Sequence record: KY794643.1
From: Staphylococcus phage vB_Sau_S24
Length of the DNA: 64,000 nt
Direction: 5' to 3' (one strand)
Each line of letters begins with the position of its first letter. Position 1 is the first letter of the stretch. Shown in pieces: positions 47,899 to 57,433 of the stretch. The position numbers were made by a program, and so were the translations under genes. The notes beneath the pieces are model-generated. The model did no database searches. It saw nothing but the letters and a program-made list of their open reading frames with translations, and was not told the DNA's origin.

Positions 47899-49950
47899 TT
47901 ACGCAACCTCCTTAAACTCTTCTTTATTGATTTTCTTAATATCTTTTTCTAATACTTCTTTTAATTCATTAGGTAATTTATAAGCATCAATTGATTGTTG
48001 CTGTCCTAACACATAACCATTATCTGTAATACGTATTTCAACTGTAAACCATGAATTATCTAAATCTTCTTCTAATCTTGCTAGTAGTATTAAACAGCTA
48101 TTCTTTAAAATTCTATTAGCATATCCCCCAACACAATGAGATAACATTCTACCTTCATCTTTTAATTTACTTACAGTATCTGCAGGAAGGAATTTTACTT
48201 TTCTACCGTCTTTTAATTGATAAGTTTTATCAATTATTTTTTCTAACTTATTATCATACTTAGCTTTAAGTTCTGCATCATCTAATTGTTGTTGAATAGA
48301 TTGTTTCTCATCTGTAACTATATCATGCTCTAGTTTCAGTGAAAAAGGTGTTAAGTTAACACTCTCTAATGTTCTATACCCTTCCCGTATTAAAATTGAT
48401 AAATCATGTAAGTAATCCAGGTAATAGTTATCTAGTGCGTATCCTGTTATACGTTGTCTGTCTTGAGCATCTACATCTAAGTAGTGAGTCATCTTTTTGT
48501 AGTTAGCAAAAGATATAGATAATATTTCATTTACAATAGGTTTTACTTTTAAAGCATCTGTAACATTTCTTACATCCTGAACCATTAAAAATGTATCATC
48601 AAATAGTTGATGTAAATTAACCTCATTGTGTAAATGATTATAGTAATTGTATAAGGTATATGAAAATCTTAAGTAATTACCTTGCTCAAATTTATTTAAA
48701 GTTAGTAATTTTTTATAAGTTTGTTTTGTAAGATTGAAAGCTTCATGAACTTTCCATTTAGGATTTTTAGGTATATGAAATAGTAATGCATTTCTTTCAA
48801 ATAATCCGAATTCTTCTAAGTTATTTATTTTATCAATATTTTTAACAATATCTGTTAAAGTTGTTAAATAATTAGAAGTTGAATTTTCTCCTATAAAAAT
48901 CCTATATTTATCTCCTCTATAATTTATATGACCATAAACATCTATATTATCCGGACACCAACTAGAAAAATCGAAATTATGGTGTTCTAATGTTTGTTCT
49001 ACTATCTTTATTATAACCCCTCTAGTTAAGTTAGGTTGTGAGTAATTTTTTAAAATAACATTTAATAAAACAGATAATGTCAATTCATTTTTATATTCAC
49101 TTTTACTAATATCGTCTTTGTATAGATTTAAAGTTAGTTCTTTATTAACAAGGCTATCTGTTAAGAAAACTTTAACCTCTCCTGTTTTAACATCGAATGA
49201 GCTTTTATTTTCTAAAACCCATTTATTACCCATATTATGTTTATTTCTGATATGTCTAACTTTAAGACCAAAAGATGAATTATTCTCAGTACCTGGATGC
49301 ATGTACCAAGAACTGCTATACAATGAATCTGACATTTCCTTATAGTACTTACTAGAGCCTTTTCCTGTATCTTCCTGAAGTTTGGAAGTAATAGATGATT
49401 TTATTAAACCGTACTTACCTTGGTCTAGAATATCCATAATATCATTATTTAAATTATCTACTGCTTCCTTATACTCATCTAATTGTCTAGATTCATACCC
49501 CCATAAACGGTTTTCATTTTCTAATTCTTTAATTTTTTCTTCTACATAACCTTTAGATTTTATTTGTCTTCTTCTCTTACTACCATATAAAGGAAATTCT
49601 TTTCTTTCTTCTCTACTGGATTCAATATATTCTTTGTAATTTCTTCCTTGATTATTTTCAACAATACCTTCAACTAATTTTTCTACCGTTTTATATGGGT
49701 CACCGGTAAAGTTAGTTACCTCTTTGTTTCCACATAGTGCTAAGAATAAATGTATTTCTGTAGCAGTATCAAAATTAAAGATATTATGAATATCTCTAAA
49801 TAGTTCCTTAGAACCTAAGTTAATTATATTATTTTTCTTCTTCTTAAGGAATACATCTTCTTCTCCTATGTAGATACATCCTTTATTAACTTTAGGTAAA
49901 TTAATAATTTCTTGTTCTGTTAATCCTTTTTGTTTGTATGTTATTGCCAT
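47899..49950 (-). CDS. large hypothetical protein (683 aa) with conserved C-terminal HCVGGY module
   Basis: Long ORF; C-terminal …RMLSHCVGGYANRILKNSCLILLARLEED…WFTVEIR… motif (possibly PcfJ-like, unverified). Confidence 0.5.
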   Translation of the reverse strand: MAITYKQKGLTEQEIINLPKVNKGCIYIGEEDVFLKKKKNNIINLGSKELFRDIHNIFNFDTATEIHLFLALCGNKEVTNFTGDPYKTVEKLVEGIVENNQGRNYKEYIESSREERKEFPLYGSKRRRQIKSKGYVEEKIKELENENRLWGYESRQLDEYKEAVDNLNNDIMDILDQGKYGLIKSSITSKLQEDTGKGSSKYYKEMSDSLYSSSWYMHPGTENNSSFGLKVRHIRNKHNMGNKWVLENKSSFDVKTGEVKVFLTDSLVNKELTLNLYKDDISKSEYKNELTLSVLLNVILKNYSQPNLTRGVIIKIVEQTLEHHNFDFSSWCPDNIDVYGHINYRGDKYRIFIGENSTSNYLTTLTDIVKNIDKINNLEEFGLFERNALLFHIPKNPKWKVHEAFNLTKQTYKKLLTLNKFEQGNYLRFSYTLYNYYNHLHNEVNLHQLFDDTFLMVQDVRNVTDALKVKPIVNEILSISFANYKKMTHYLDVDAQDRQRITGYALDNYYLDYLHDLSILIREGYRTLESVNLTPFSLKLEHDIVTDEKQSIQQQLDDAELKAKYDNKLEKIIDKTYQLKDGRKVKFLPADTVSKLKDEGRMLSHCVGGYANRILKNSCLILLARLEEDLDNSWFTVEIRITDNGYVLGQQQSIDAYKLPNELKEVLEKDIKKINKEEFKEVA

Positions 49951-50027
49951 TTAAAATCACTCCTTATTTGTTATGTACTAATCATATCATAGTAATTAAT
50001 ACTTGTCAACAAAAAAAGAAGAACTTT

Positions 50028-50291
50028 TTAAAGTTCTTCTAAGTGAGTTTCGTATATGACCTTTCGAATTTTATTTAGCGGTTCTAAATCTAAATTTCTA
50101 ATAAGTTTTTCGTACTTTCTCGAATTTTTAAAATTGATAGTATTTGGCATAGCAAGAGCCTCATCAACGTCTTTAGTATAGCTTACGACATCTGAATAGA
50201 TATCTACTTCTTTTACATATAGACCTTGAGTTAAACTTTTAAATACTACCTCATTATGTGATACAACTTCTTCTTTCTTTTCTATGCTCAT
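50028..50291 (-). CDS. hypothetical protein
   Basis: ORF track. Confidence 0.4.
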   Translation of the reverse strand: MSIEKKEEVVSHNEVVFKSLTQGLYVKEVDIYSDVVSYTKDVDEALAMPNTINFKNSRKYEKLIRNLDLEPLNKIRKVIYETHLEEL

Positions 50292-50307
50292 TTGTAAACC
50301 TCCTGGT

Positions 50308-50481
50308 CTATTCTACACAAACAAGTACGTACTCTAAGCTAGTTAATGATACTGATTTAATATTATTTAATTCTTGCAATTTCTTAATATCTACATCATA
50401 GTTTTTACTTATAGTCCATAATGTCTCTCCTGCTTTTACTTTATGGTAATACTCATTTCCCTTTTTAATAAGGTCATTCAA
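50308..50481 (-). CDS. small LysM-domain protein (TTG start), not in ORF track
   Basis: Revcomp reads (TTG)NDLIKKGNEYYHKVKAGETLWTISKNYDVDIKKLQELNNIK…, a LysM-type Y.VK.GDTL..I…Y….L..LN pattern; RBS aaggagg 9 nt upstream. Confidence 0.4.
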   Translation of the reverse strand: MNDLIKKGNEYYHKVKAGETLWTISKNYDVDIKKLQELNNIKSVSLTSLEYVLVCVE

Positions 50482-50487
50482 TATTAC

Positions 50488-51066
50488 CTACCTCCTTGAG
50501 TAATAATTAGCCTGTAGATAACATATAAGTATAAGAACAAAGTTTACAAATTCAGTAGCTATAATGTGAACATAGGTATGTGATAAAACCATACTCGATA
50601 TCAATGAAGCTAATCCTAATCCAATAATAAGGAATAGAAATCTGTTTGTACCTTCTGCACTTTTAGTTTTATAGAATGTTGTTATCTGAGTTACATACGC
50701 AAGGATAATAGTAATAGTTGCTACAGTTTGTGTTAAAGCTGTAAAGTCACTTAATAAAAATAGTAACAATGAGAACACAATAATAAAAGGTATAGAGAAA
50801 TAATCCTTTTTTCTATATGAAGCTACTAGTAAGCAAACAATACCTAGAGTTAAATTAAGACCAACTGATACTACTTGAAACATTGAAGCATCAGTTAATA
50901 GTAAATTGTAAAAACTAATACCTACTGTAGCTACAATTAGATACCAAAAATAACTACTAACCCCTTTAACACTATCTGATTTAACTAAAGCTATTAGACC
51001 TGGTATATAACCTACTGTAACTAATATAGCATATAATATACTCAAGTAATGTGATAAATTATCCAT
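50488..51066 (-). CDS. polytopic membrane protein
   Basis: About 6 hydrophobic helices. Confidence 0.55.
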   Translation of the reverse strand: MDNLSHYLSILYAILVTVGYIPGLIALVKSDSVKGVSSYFWYLIVATVGISFYNLLLTDASMFQVVSVGLNLTLGIVCLLVASYRKKDYFSIPFIIVFSLLLFLLSDFTALTQTVATITIILAYVTQITTFYKTKSAEGTNRFLFLIIGLGLASLISSMVLSHTYVHIIATEFVNFVLILICYLQANYYSRR

Positions 51067-51685
51067 CTTGTTCTCCTAACTTCTCTAATCTGTTAAGGAC
51101 TTCTTCCCAAGAGATAAACCCTTCTCCGTCTGTTAATTCTAAAACCATACCATATACAAATTGATTTGTACTAAACTCAGCTCTATCAGGGTCATCATAA
51201 CCTTTTCCATGTCCTTGTCGAATATCCGAGCAATAAATTAAAACAGGTTTATTTACAATATTTTCAAGTTTTTCTACGATTAATTCCTCTTCTTCACTTA
51301 ACCAAGTTTCAAATCTATCTGATATATAATTAAAGTGTTCTTCTCCATTATCGTATATATGGTTAATTGTTTCTTGTGCTTGATGTTTCATACCCAATAG
51401 AATACCTAGTTCTGCAATTGTTCCTAGTCCTTCGTTAAGAATGTCAAATACAAAAATATCTGACTCTTGCATAGCTTTAAAATCATTGTTTAAAATACGT
51501 TCCGCTAACTTAGTTTGTTCTGCGTTAGCTTTGTCATTAATTGATTTATCTTTGTGAGGGCTGTAAGGAGTTACTCCTACAATACCTTCTACTTGTTTAT
51601 GTTGTTTGTCTCTATAATCTACCATTGCGTCATTAAGTAGGTGACCTCCCATGTAGATTACTTTATCTTTAATATAATTAGTCAT
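51059..51685 (-). CDS. nucleoside 2-deoxyribosyltransferase family protein
   Basis: Ndt-like motifs (…GIVGVTPYSP…DIFVFDILNEGLGTIAELGILLG…). Confidence 0.6.
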   Translation of the reverse strand: MTNYIKDKVIYMGGHLLNDAMVDYRDKQHKQVEGIVGVTPYSPHKDKSINDKANAEQTKLAERILNNDFKAMQESDIFVFDILNEGLGTIAELGILLGMKHQAQETINHIYDNGEEHFNYISDRFETWLSEEEELIVEKLENIVNKPVLIYCSDIRQGHGKGYDDPDRAEFSTNQFVYGMVLELTDGEGFISWEEVLNRLEKLGEQDG

Positions 51686-51910
51686 TTATTTTTCCTCCTT
51701 AGAATTATGTACAATTGAAAATAAAATAAGACTTACACTTGCTAAAAATGCTAATACCACTAAACCAGGTAAATTTAGAACTGTTGATAAGAATAATGAT
51801 ATTGCACTTATAATGTAAACTAAACCGCTTAGAAATAAAGTTAATAATACAATTGTTATAAGTTTTACCAACCAGTTGTTATTAATAAATACATTAGCTA
51901 AATAATTCAT
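51686..51910 (-). CDS. small membrane protein
   Basis: Two TM helices. Confidence 0.45.
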   Translation of the reverse strand: MNYLANVFINNNWLVKLITIVLLTLFLSGLVYIISAISLFLSTVLNLPGLVVLAFLASVSLILFSIVHNSKEEK

Positions 51911-51977
51911 AAAAAATCCTCCTTAGTTATTATAAAATAAGTATACCATAACTAAGGAGGCTTGTCAACATATTATT

Positions 51978-52718
51978 TTACCATTTAAAATCGTCTGCGT
52001 ATTGGGCTAATTTAGAACGGAAGTTAACTGTAAAGTTATGAAATACTGCCCCGTCATACTTTCTAAAATAGTCCATATAGTCTCCAAAACCTGATTTGCG
52101 TTCATCTTTTAAATCTATTTGTTTGAAGTTACCCTCAACTATTACTGTTGAATTCTTTGTATGAATTCTAGTAAGTACTTTTTTAAGTTCACTACGTTTA
52201 AAGTTTTGAGCTTCATTTATAATTATAGTAGCATCCCTTAAGTTACCACCTCTTAAAAATAGGTGTGATATCTGAGATACCCAACATTCACCTAATTTAT
52301 CTTCTTTAACATTATCTTCCATCATTAACATTTCAGTTATTTGTTGCTCAGGATTCATATTAAGTTCAGTAAGTGCGTCATGTAACCCCATGAAATATGC
52401 CATTTCTTTTTCTGTCTGATTACCTGGTCTACTTCCCAAATCCTCTGATACAGGTGAAATTATAAATACTAACTTTCTATTTTTATTAAGATAATCAGCA
52501 TAAGCACAAGCTACGGAACACATTGTTTTTCCTGTACCGGCTTGACTCTCATTCCAAAGTATTTCAACATTATCATCAAAGAAATCTTCACAAAAATCTA
52601 ATTGTTCTTTTGTAGCCATTTCTAGAAAGTCATTAAATACTAGGTGTTCTCCCATGTTATATCTTACATTAGGATAATCTTTTAACTTAAAGTCTAATTC
52701 TTTTAGTTGTATTGCCAT
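51978..52718 (-). CDS. phoH: PhoH-like ATPase
   Basis: Walker A AGTGKT; PhoH-like length and layout. Confidence 0.7.
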   Translation of the reverse strand: MAIQLKELDFKLKDYPNVRYNMGEHLVFNDFLEMATKEQLDFCEDFFDDNVEILWNESQAGTGKTMCSVACAYADYLNKNRKLVFIISPVSEDLGSRPGNQTEKEMAYFMGLHDALTELNMNPEQQITEMLMMEDNVKEDKLGECWVSQISHLFLRGGNLRDATIIINEAQNFKRSELKKVLTRIHTKNSTVIVEGNFKQIDLKDERKSGFGDYMDYFRKYDGAVFHNFTVNFRSKLAQYADDFKW

Positions 52719-52769
52719 ATTTTAAAGTTCCCCTATCTATAAATAGTTTTACTCTCTTTTAATATAGTA

Positions 52770-53480
52770 CTAATTACCAATATATTCACCTGTTGATGAA
52801 CAGTAGTTATCACACTCACATTCAGGGTAGTTATCACAAACTTCTTCGGATTGGTAAACTTCTTCATCTACTTCTTTTTTTCTCTTTGTAATATATTCTT
52901 TAATCTCTTTATTATCTATACTATTAAATCTTTCTTCTGCCTCATCTGCATAATATTCGTTAGAGTAAAAATCTTTTGTATAGTCACTAATACTAAACTC
53001 AACAATTGCATTCTCTGTGTTACCTTTAGATAATCCTGTGTAAATGACCTCTACTTCCTCCTCTTTATCATAGAATGTCGAAATAAAATCATTAACAGAT
53101 TCATCAAATAATGTTGTTACTCCGCCACTATCTCTAACTAAAATATCTCCTTGAGGTAATACATCATTAATTAAATCAATTTCTGTTTCTTCTTCAATAG
53201 TAAATACAGTTCCTTCTAATTTTTCAGGTGTAGTATGTGTTAAATGTTTAACATCTTCTCCTGATTCTTCATAAAATCCTACTGCATTCATTTCTTTGTT
53301 ATACTTTGCAATAAACTTACCATTATCACTAACTAAATACTGACTGCTTGCATTATAATCTTCTGCATCTTCTAAAGTCATAGATGGATTATGGTCTCTA
53401 ACATAATAACTAATTTTCATAACATCTGTTGTTTGTACTTTCTTACCTTTACCTTTAATTACTGAGTTAATTTTCTTCAT
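52770..53480 (-). CDS. hypothetical acidic protein with C-terminal Cys cluster
   Basis: …CDNYPECECDNYCSS…. Confidence 0.45.
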   Translation of the reverse strand: MKKINSVIKGKGKKVQTTDVMKISYYVRDHNPSMTLEDAEDYNASSQYLVSDNGKFIAKYNKEMNAVGFYEESGEDVKHLTHTTPEKLEGTVFTIEEETEIDLINDVLPQGDILVRDSGGVTTLFDESVNDFISTFYDKEEEVEVIYTGLSKGNTENAIVEFSISDYTKDFYSNEYYADEAEERFNSIDNKEIKEYITKRKKEVDEEVYQSEEVCDNYPECECDNYCSSTGEYIGN

Positions 53481-53498
53481 AATATTTTCTCCTTTTTT

Positions 53499-53924
53499 CT
53501 ATATACCTATAGATTTTTTTGCTAGGTTATCCGCATATTCATTCCACTCATCCCCAGTATGAGCTTTAACTTTTACAAAGTTTATATCTATTACTTTTTG
53601 GTATTCTCGTATCATCTTAATATATGTTTGACTTAATATATTTCTAGCTGACCAGGTACCTTCATACCAGTGAATTAAACCAATATAATCTATATAAACT
53701 ATTGCCTGTTTGTATCCTAAGTTAATAGCCTCTTCAATACCATAACAACAAGCTAATATTTCACCTGCAACATTATTATACTTTATTAATCCTGGTTTGT
53801 CAACACTTTTACTAATTTCTGATATAATTTTTCCATCTGTGCTTACCAAGACAGCACCTGAACCTACTTTACCTTTATTATAAGATGAGCTACCGTCAGT
53901 GTATATATTTACTCTATCATGCAT
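53499..53924 (-). CDS. rnhA: ribonuclease H
   Basis: IYTDGSS…GSGAV…E.E.A motif set; start trimmed to the RBS-proximal Met (MHDRVNIYTDGSS). Confidence 0.75.
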   Translation of the reverse strand: MHDRVNIYTDGSSSYNKGKVGSGAVLVSTDGKIISEISKSVDKPGLIKYNNVAGEILACCYGIEEAINLGYKQAIVYIDYIGLIHWYEGTWSARNILSQTYIKMIREYQKVIDINFVKVKAHTGDEWNEYADNLAKKSIGI

Positions 53925-54105
53925 ATTTATAATCCTCCATGAACTGAGGGTAATCATAGTCAGAATAGATATCTCGACAAAATGTTATAGAAATATAATC
54001 AAAATCAAAACATTTAAAACAGTGTTCTTTCACTTCTATTTTATTTCTAGCAATTACACTAAATTTAAACCCATCCGCTATTACAGTAAATAATCCTTTT
54101 TTCAT
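53917..54105 (-). CDS. hypothetical small Cys-containing protein
   Basis: 62-aa ORF on the same strand as neighbours with minimal overlap. Confidence 0.3.
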   Translation of the reverse strand: MKKGLFTVIADGFKFSVIARNKIEVKEHCFKCFDFDYISITFCRDIYSDYDYPQFMEDYKYA

Positions 54106-54127
54106 AAAACAAATACCTCCACTAAGT

Positions 54128-54769
54128 TTATTTTAAATTAATAACTAACTCAATAAATGATTTAATCGTTTTGTTTTTACCATCATCAATATCTGAGAAG
54201 AAATTACTTATACTGCTATCTTCATCAAATAAATCTTCCACATCATCAAATTTATTTAAAATATCAGTAACGCTGTAACCTTCCTCTGATATATATTCAT
54301 GTAAGTCTTCTCCATCCTCTGACAGAGATGCTTCTATCTTACCATTTTTACTTTCGATTAGGTACAAAGTATTTAACACTTTAACAGAATCTACTACTAC
54401 ACTGTAATTACTAATAGTAGGGTACTCTACATAAAGTATTTCTACATTAGTATTCATATAACTATCAATTACAGAATTAACTGTGTCCCTTTTTAATTCA
54501 GATACATTATGTTTCCGTATAGTGGGGAAGTCTTCGTCATATTCTACTAATTCTTTTCTATCTGTATTCAATAACTTATCTAAAGAAGACAATAATACTA
54601 TTTTATATTGGTTATCCGGAAGACTATCTGTAATTTCCATTATTGTTAAAAACGTATCTTCACCTAAAACTTTGTTTATGTCTTGTAATTCAAATGAATC
54701 TACCATTTCTATAGTATCATCTATATCATCTGTAGTCATTAAAAAATTAACTAAATTATTATTCTCCAT
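54128..54769 (-). CDS. hypothetical acidic protein
   Basis: ORF track. Confidence 0.45.
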   Translation of the reverse strand: MENNNLVNFLMTTDDIDDTIEMVDSFELQDINKVLGEDTFLTIMEITDSLPDNQYKIVLLSSLDKLLNTDRKELVEYDEDFPTIRKHNVSELKRDTVNSVIDSYMNTNVEILYVEYPTISNYSVVVDSVKVLNTLYLIESKNGKIEASLSEDGEDLHEYISEEGYSVTDILNKFDDVEDLFDEDSSISNFFSDIDDGKNKTIKSFIELVINLK

Positions 54770-54989
54770 CGTCTTCCTCCAATTCCTTAAATAGCTCTTT
54801 ACCTGGAGTATTTAACGCTTTCTCTAACCTCATTAAATTAGCACTCCTTGGTTTCTTCTTACCATATTCCCAATAAGATATGAGAGAGTAATGAACACCT
54901 ATTTCAGAAGCTAGGCTCCTTAACGTATGCCCTTTTTCTACTCTAATTTTTTGAAGATTTAGAGGTTTACTTTCCTTTTTTTCATCCAT
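54759..54989 (-). CDS. XRE/Cro-type helix-turn-helix transcriptional regulator
   Basis: …GHTLRSLASEIGVHYSLISYWEYGKKKP… HTH_3 pattern. Confidence 0.65.
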   Translation of the reverse strand: MDEKKESKPLNLQKIRVEKGHTLRSLASEIGVHYSLISYWEYGKKKPRSANLMRLEKALNTPGKELFKELEEDDGE

Positions 54990-54991
54990 AA

Positions 54992-55219
54992 CTATTTCTC
55001 CTCTACTTTTAAAAATTTAAAATCCTCAGATGCCTTTGCATTTTTTAGTATATACTCGTGTGATTTGTCTCTTGCCTCTGCTTTACTCTTAGCATATAAC
55101 TCTATATGAAATACATGAGGTTTTTTTAAAGATGGTGATTCATATCTCCAATAAACTTTAAAAAGTAGGGTTTCTTTTTTTAGAACATTAATCCGAAACC
55201 ATCTTTTAAATTTATTCAT
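54992..55219 (-). CDS. hypothetical basic protein
   Basis: ORF track. Confidence 0.4.
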   Translation of the reverse strand: MNKFKRWFRINVLKKETLLFKVYWRYESPSLKKPHVFHIELYAKSKAEARDKSHEYILKNAKASEDFKFLKVEEK

Positions 55220-55327
55220 TTATTATCCTCCTTTATTTATTTGTTAAACTAATTATAGCATAATTAACTCAGGAAGTCAACTATAATATACAAAAAAGAC
55301 TAAGAAATTAATCTTAGTCTTAATATA

Positions 55328-56026
55328 TTAATAATATCCGTTAGATTTATGGAAGCTTAAAGCTTGTTCAGGTGAACCATAACGGTCAATCATATATTGT
55401 TTAGCACCTTTAGTTTGTTCTGCTACAGAACCTGAAGACCATGATTTACCTAAACCTTGGAATAGTCCTTGAGCACCTGATGAAGCATTAACTGCATTAG
55501 GATTCATAGTAGATTCTAAACGAGCAATTTCAATCATTGCCTCGTTTCCACCTGCTTGTCTAATTTGCTCTGCTACAGAACCACCTGTAGAGCTAGTTGA
55601 TTGTGTAGGTTGCTTAGTTTCTTTTTGTACTGGAGCCGACACCGATGTCGGTTGCACATTTTCTTTAGTATCTTGTTTATTTTGAGTATCGAATTGTGCT
55701 TGTTGTTGGTCTACTTTTTGTTCAGGTGTTTGTTCTTCTCCTGCTAATCTAGATACTGTATTATCTACTTGAGTTGAACCTGAGTGATATTCGTAACCAA
55801 AGTTACCATTATAATTATAGAAATGATAAGTAAATTCACCATCATTAAATGAGAAATCATAGTTACCTTCTTGAATTGGTTTCGTATTAACTTCTACTGA
55901 ATTTGATTTAGCTTGCTCTGCTAATTTATTATAATCAATTTCGTCTGCACTAGCTTCGTTTGTAGTAATACCTCCAAAAGTAATAGCTGTACCTAAGGCT
56001 AATGTTGCAAAAATTGTTTTCTTCAT
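55328..56026 (-). CDS. secreted transglycosylase-like protein
   Basis: Signal peptide MKKTIFATLALGTAITFG…ASA; C-terminal SLT/IsaA-like domain. Confidence 0.6.
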   Translation of the reverse strand: MKKTIFATLALGTAITFGGITTNEASADEIDYNKLAEQAKSNSVEVNTKPIQEGNYDFSFNDGEFTYHFYNYNGNFGYEYHSGSTQVDNTVSRLAGEEQTPEQKVDQQQAQFDTQNKQDTKENVQPTSVSAPVQKETKQPTQSTSSTGGSVAEQIRQAGGNEAMIEIARLESTMNPNAVNASSGAQGLFQGLGKSWSSGSVAEQTKGAKQYMIDRYGSPEQALSFHKSNGYY

Positions 56027-56217
56027 AAATTTAAAACTCCTTAATATTTTTTATATTGTACTATTTTATCGACATAAGTAATCATAACATATATCTTTAA
56101 ATAACGCAAGTATAATATAGCACTATTTAGTGTAATATTATTAAGGTTTTGTTACAAACATTACCGTTGTCAGATAATTAAAAGCAAAAAAAAGAGAGGT
56201 ATTAACCTCTCTCTCTA

Positions 56218-57012
56218 TTATTTACCTGTTACATCTACTATAGTTCCGTCTCCACCAATTTGGATAGGTTGCTTACCATTCCATTTTTCAATTAGCTGTT
56301 GTTGTAAAACCTCATCTGTTAATGATTCACTTCTGATATCATTAGCTTTCTTCTCACCTTTTGCCTCAACTTCTTTTTTCTTAGCATTTTGTTCTGCAAT
56401 TTGTTTATCCACTTTAGTACGTTCTAACTCTTGGTTAGCTTTAACTCTTTCGTCAATTGCTTTTTGAGTATTCTTATCTGCTTTAGGACTAGATAATGCA
56501 ATATCCTCAATTACAAATCCTTGTTTTTCTAAGTTATCATTCAAGCTATCTAAAGTATCTTTTTTAATTTGTCCTGTTTTAACACCAAATGCGTCAATTA
56601 CAGAATACTTAGATACTGCTTGACGGACATTATCTTGTACACGTGAACGTAAGTAACCTTTTTCTAATTCTTCGATATCTGCACTACCAAAACGATTAAA
56701 TAAATCTACAGCTTTAGTTGCATCTACTTTATATGAAACGTCAATATCCATTTGTAAATTCTTACCGTCTGAAGTTGCCACGTTTAAATCTTTATATTTA
56801 TGTGTTTGCGTTTTAGTTGGATATTTGTTTACCTTATCAAAAGGTGCTGTTAAGTGCCAACCTGGTGATTTAGTATTTTCCTTAACACCATTTACTGAAT
56901 ACACAACTCCAACGTGACCTTGTGGAATCTTTGTAATACACATTAATAAAATAATAAATCCTAAAATTGCTAAAAACCCTAATACTCCTGAAATAACTAC
57001 TGACTTCCTCAT
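56218..57012 (-). CDS. SPFH/band-7 (prohibitin-like) membrane protein
   Basis: N-terminal TM then SPFH-like domain and coiled-coil tail. Confidence 0.55.
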   Translation of the reverse strand: MRKSVVISGVLGFLAILGFIILLMCITKIPQGHVGVVYSVNGVKENTKSPGWHLTAPFDKVNKYPTKTQTHKYKDLNVATSDGKNLQMDIDVSYKVDATKAVDLFNRFGSADIEELEKGYLRSRVQDNVRQAVSKYSVIDAFGVKTGQIKKDTLDSLNDNLEKQGFVIEDIALSSPKADKNTQKAIDERVKANQELERTKVDKQIAEQNAKKKEVEAKGEKKANDIRSESLTDEVLQQQLIEKWNGKQPIQIGGDGTIVDVTGK

Positions 57013-57321
57013 TTACATTTCTCCTTTTTCTATCTCTTTTATTAAACTATTTAAAGCTTTTTCTTCTTGGTCTATTTCTTGTTTATCGGCTCTAGTTACA
57101 ATTGATTGTCTACGGTCATTTAAGAATTGTTTTTTATATTTTACATATTGTTCTAAACCGTACTCATCTAATGTACCTTGCCTAACTAATTCCCTGTATT
57201 GTTTTCTTATGTTACTTTTCTTCTCCTTCATTGAAAGAAAATCAAATACGTAACTTATACCAAAACCTACAAGGACTAGAAAAACAATAAAAATAGCAAA
57301 GTATGTTAAAAATAATGCCAT
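57013..57321 (-). CDS. small membrane protein
   Basis: N-terminal TM; adjacent to the SPFH gene. Confidence 0.45.
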   Translation of the reverse strand: MALFLTYFAIFIVFLVLVGFGISYVFDFLSMKEKKSNIRKQYRELVRQGTLDEYGLEQYVKYKKQFLNDRRQSIVTRADKQEIDQEEKALNSLIKEIEKGEM

Positions 57322-57433
57322 GTAATTCCTCCTTTATTTGATTACATAAATAACTATACACTATGTATTCACATTTGTCAACTCTTTTTTGCAAAAAAAA
57401 TAGACGGATTTTATATCCGTCTAAATTACTATT

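Noticed and set aside
35846-54794. Plus-strand ORFs inside the minus-strand block (35846..36028, 39693..39896, 40058..40243, 40908..41105, 41514..41729, 41971..42198, 45501..45692, 47189..47524, 49118..49345, 52851..53033, 53899..54093, 54483..54794)
   Set aside because: Each lies antisense within a longer, motif-supported minus-strand gene (e.g. 47189..47524 is antisense to MazG, 45501..45692 to the AAA ATPase).
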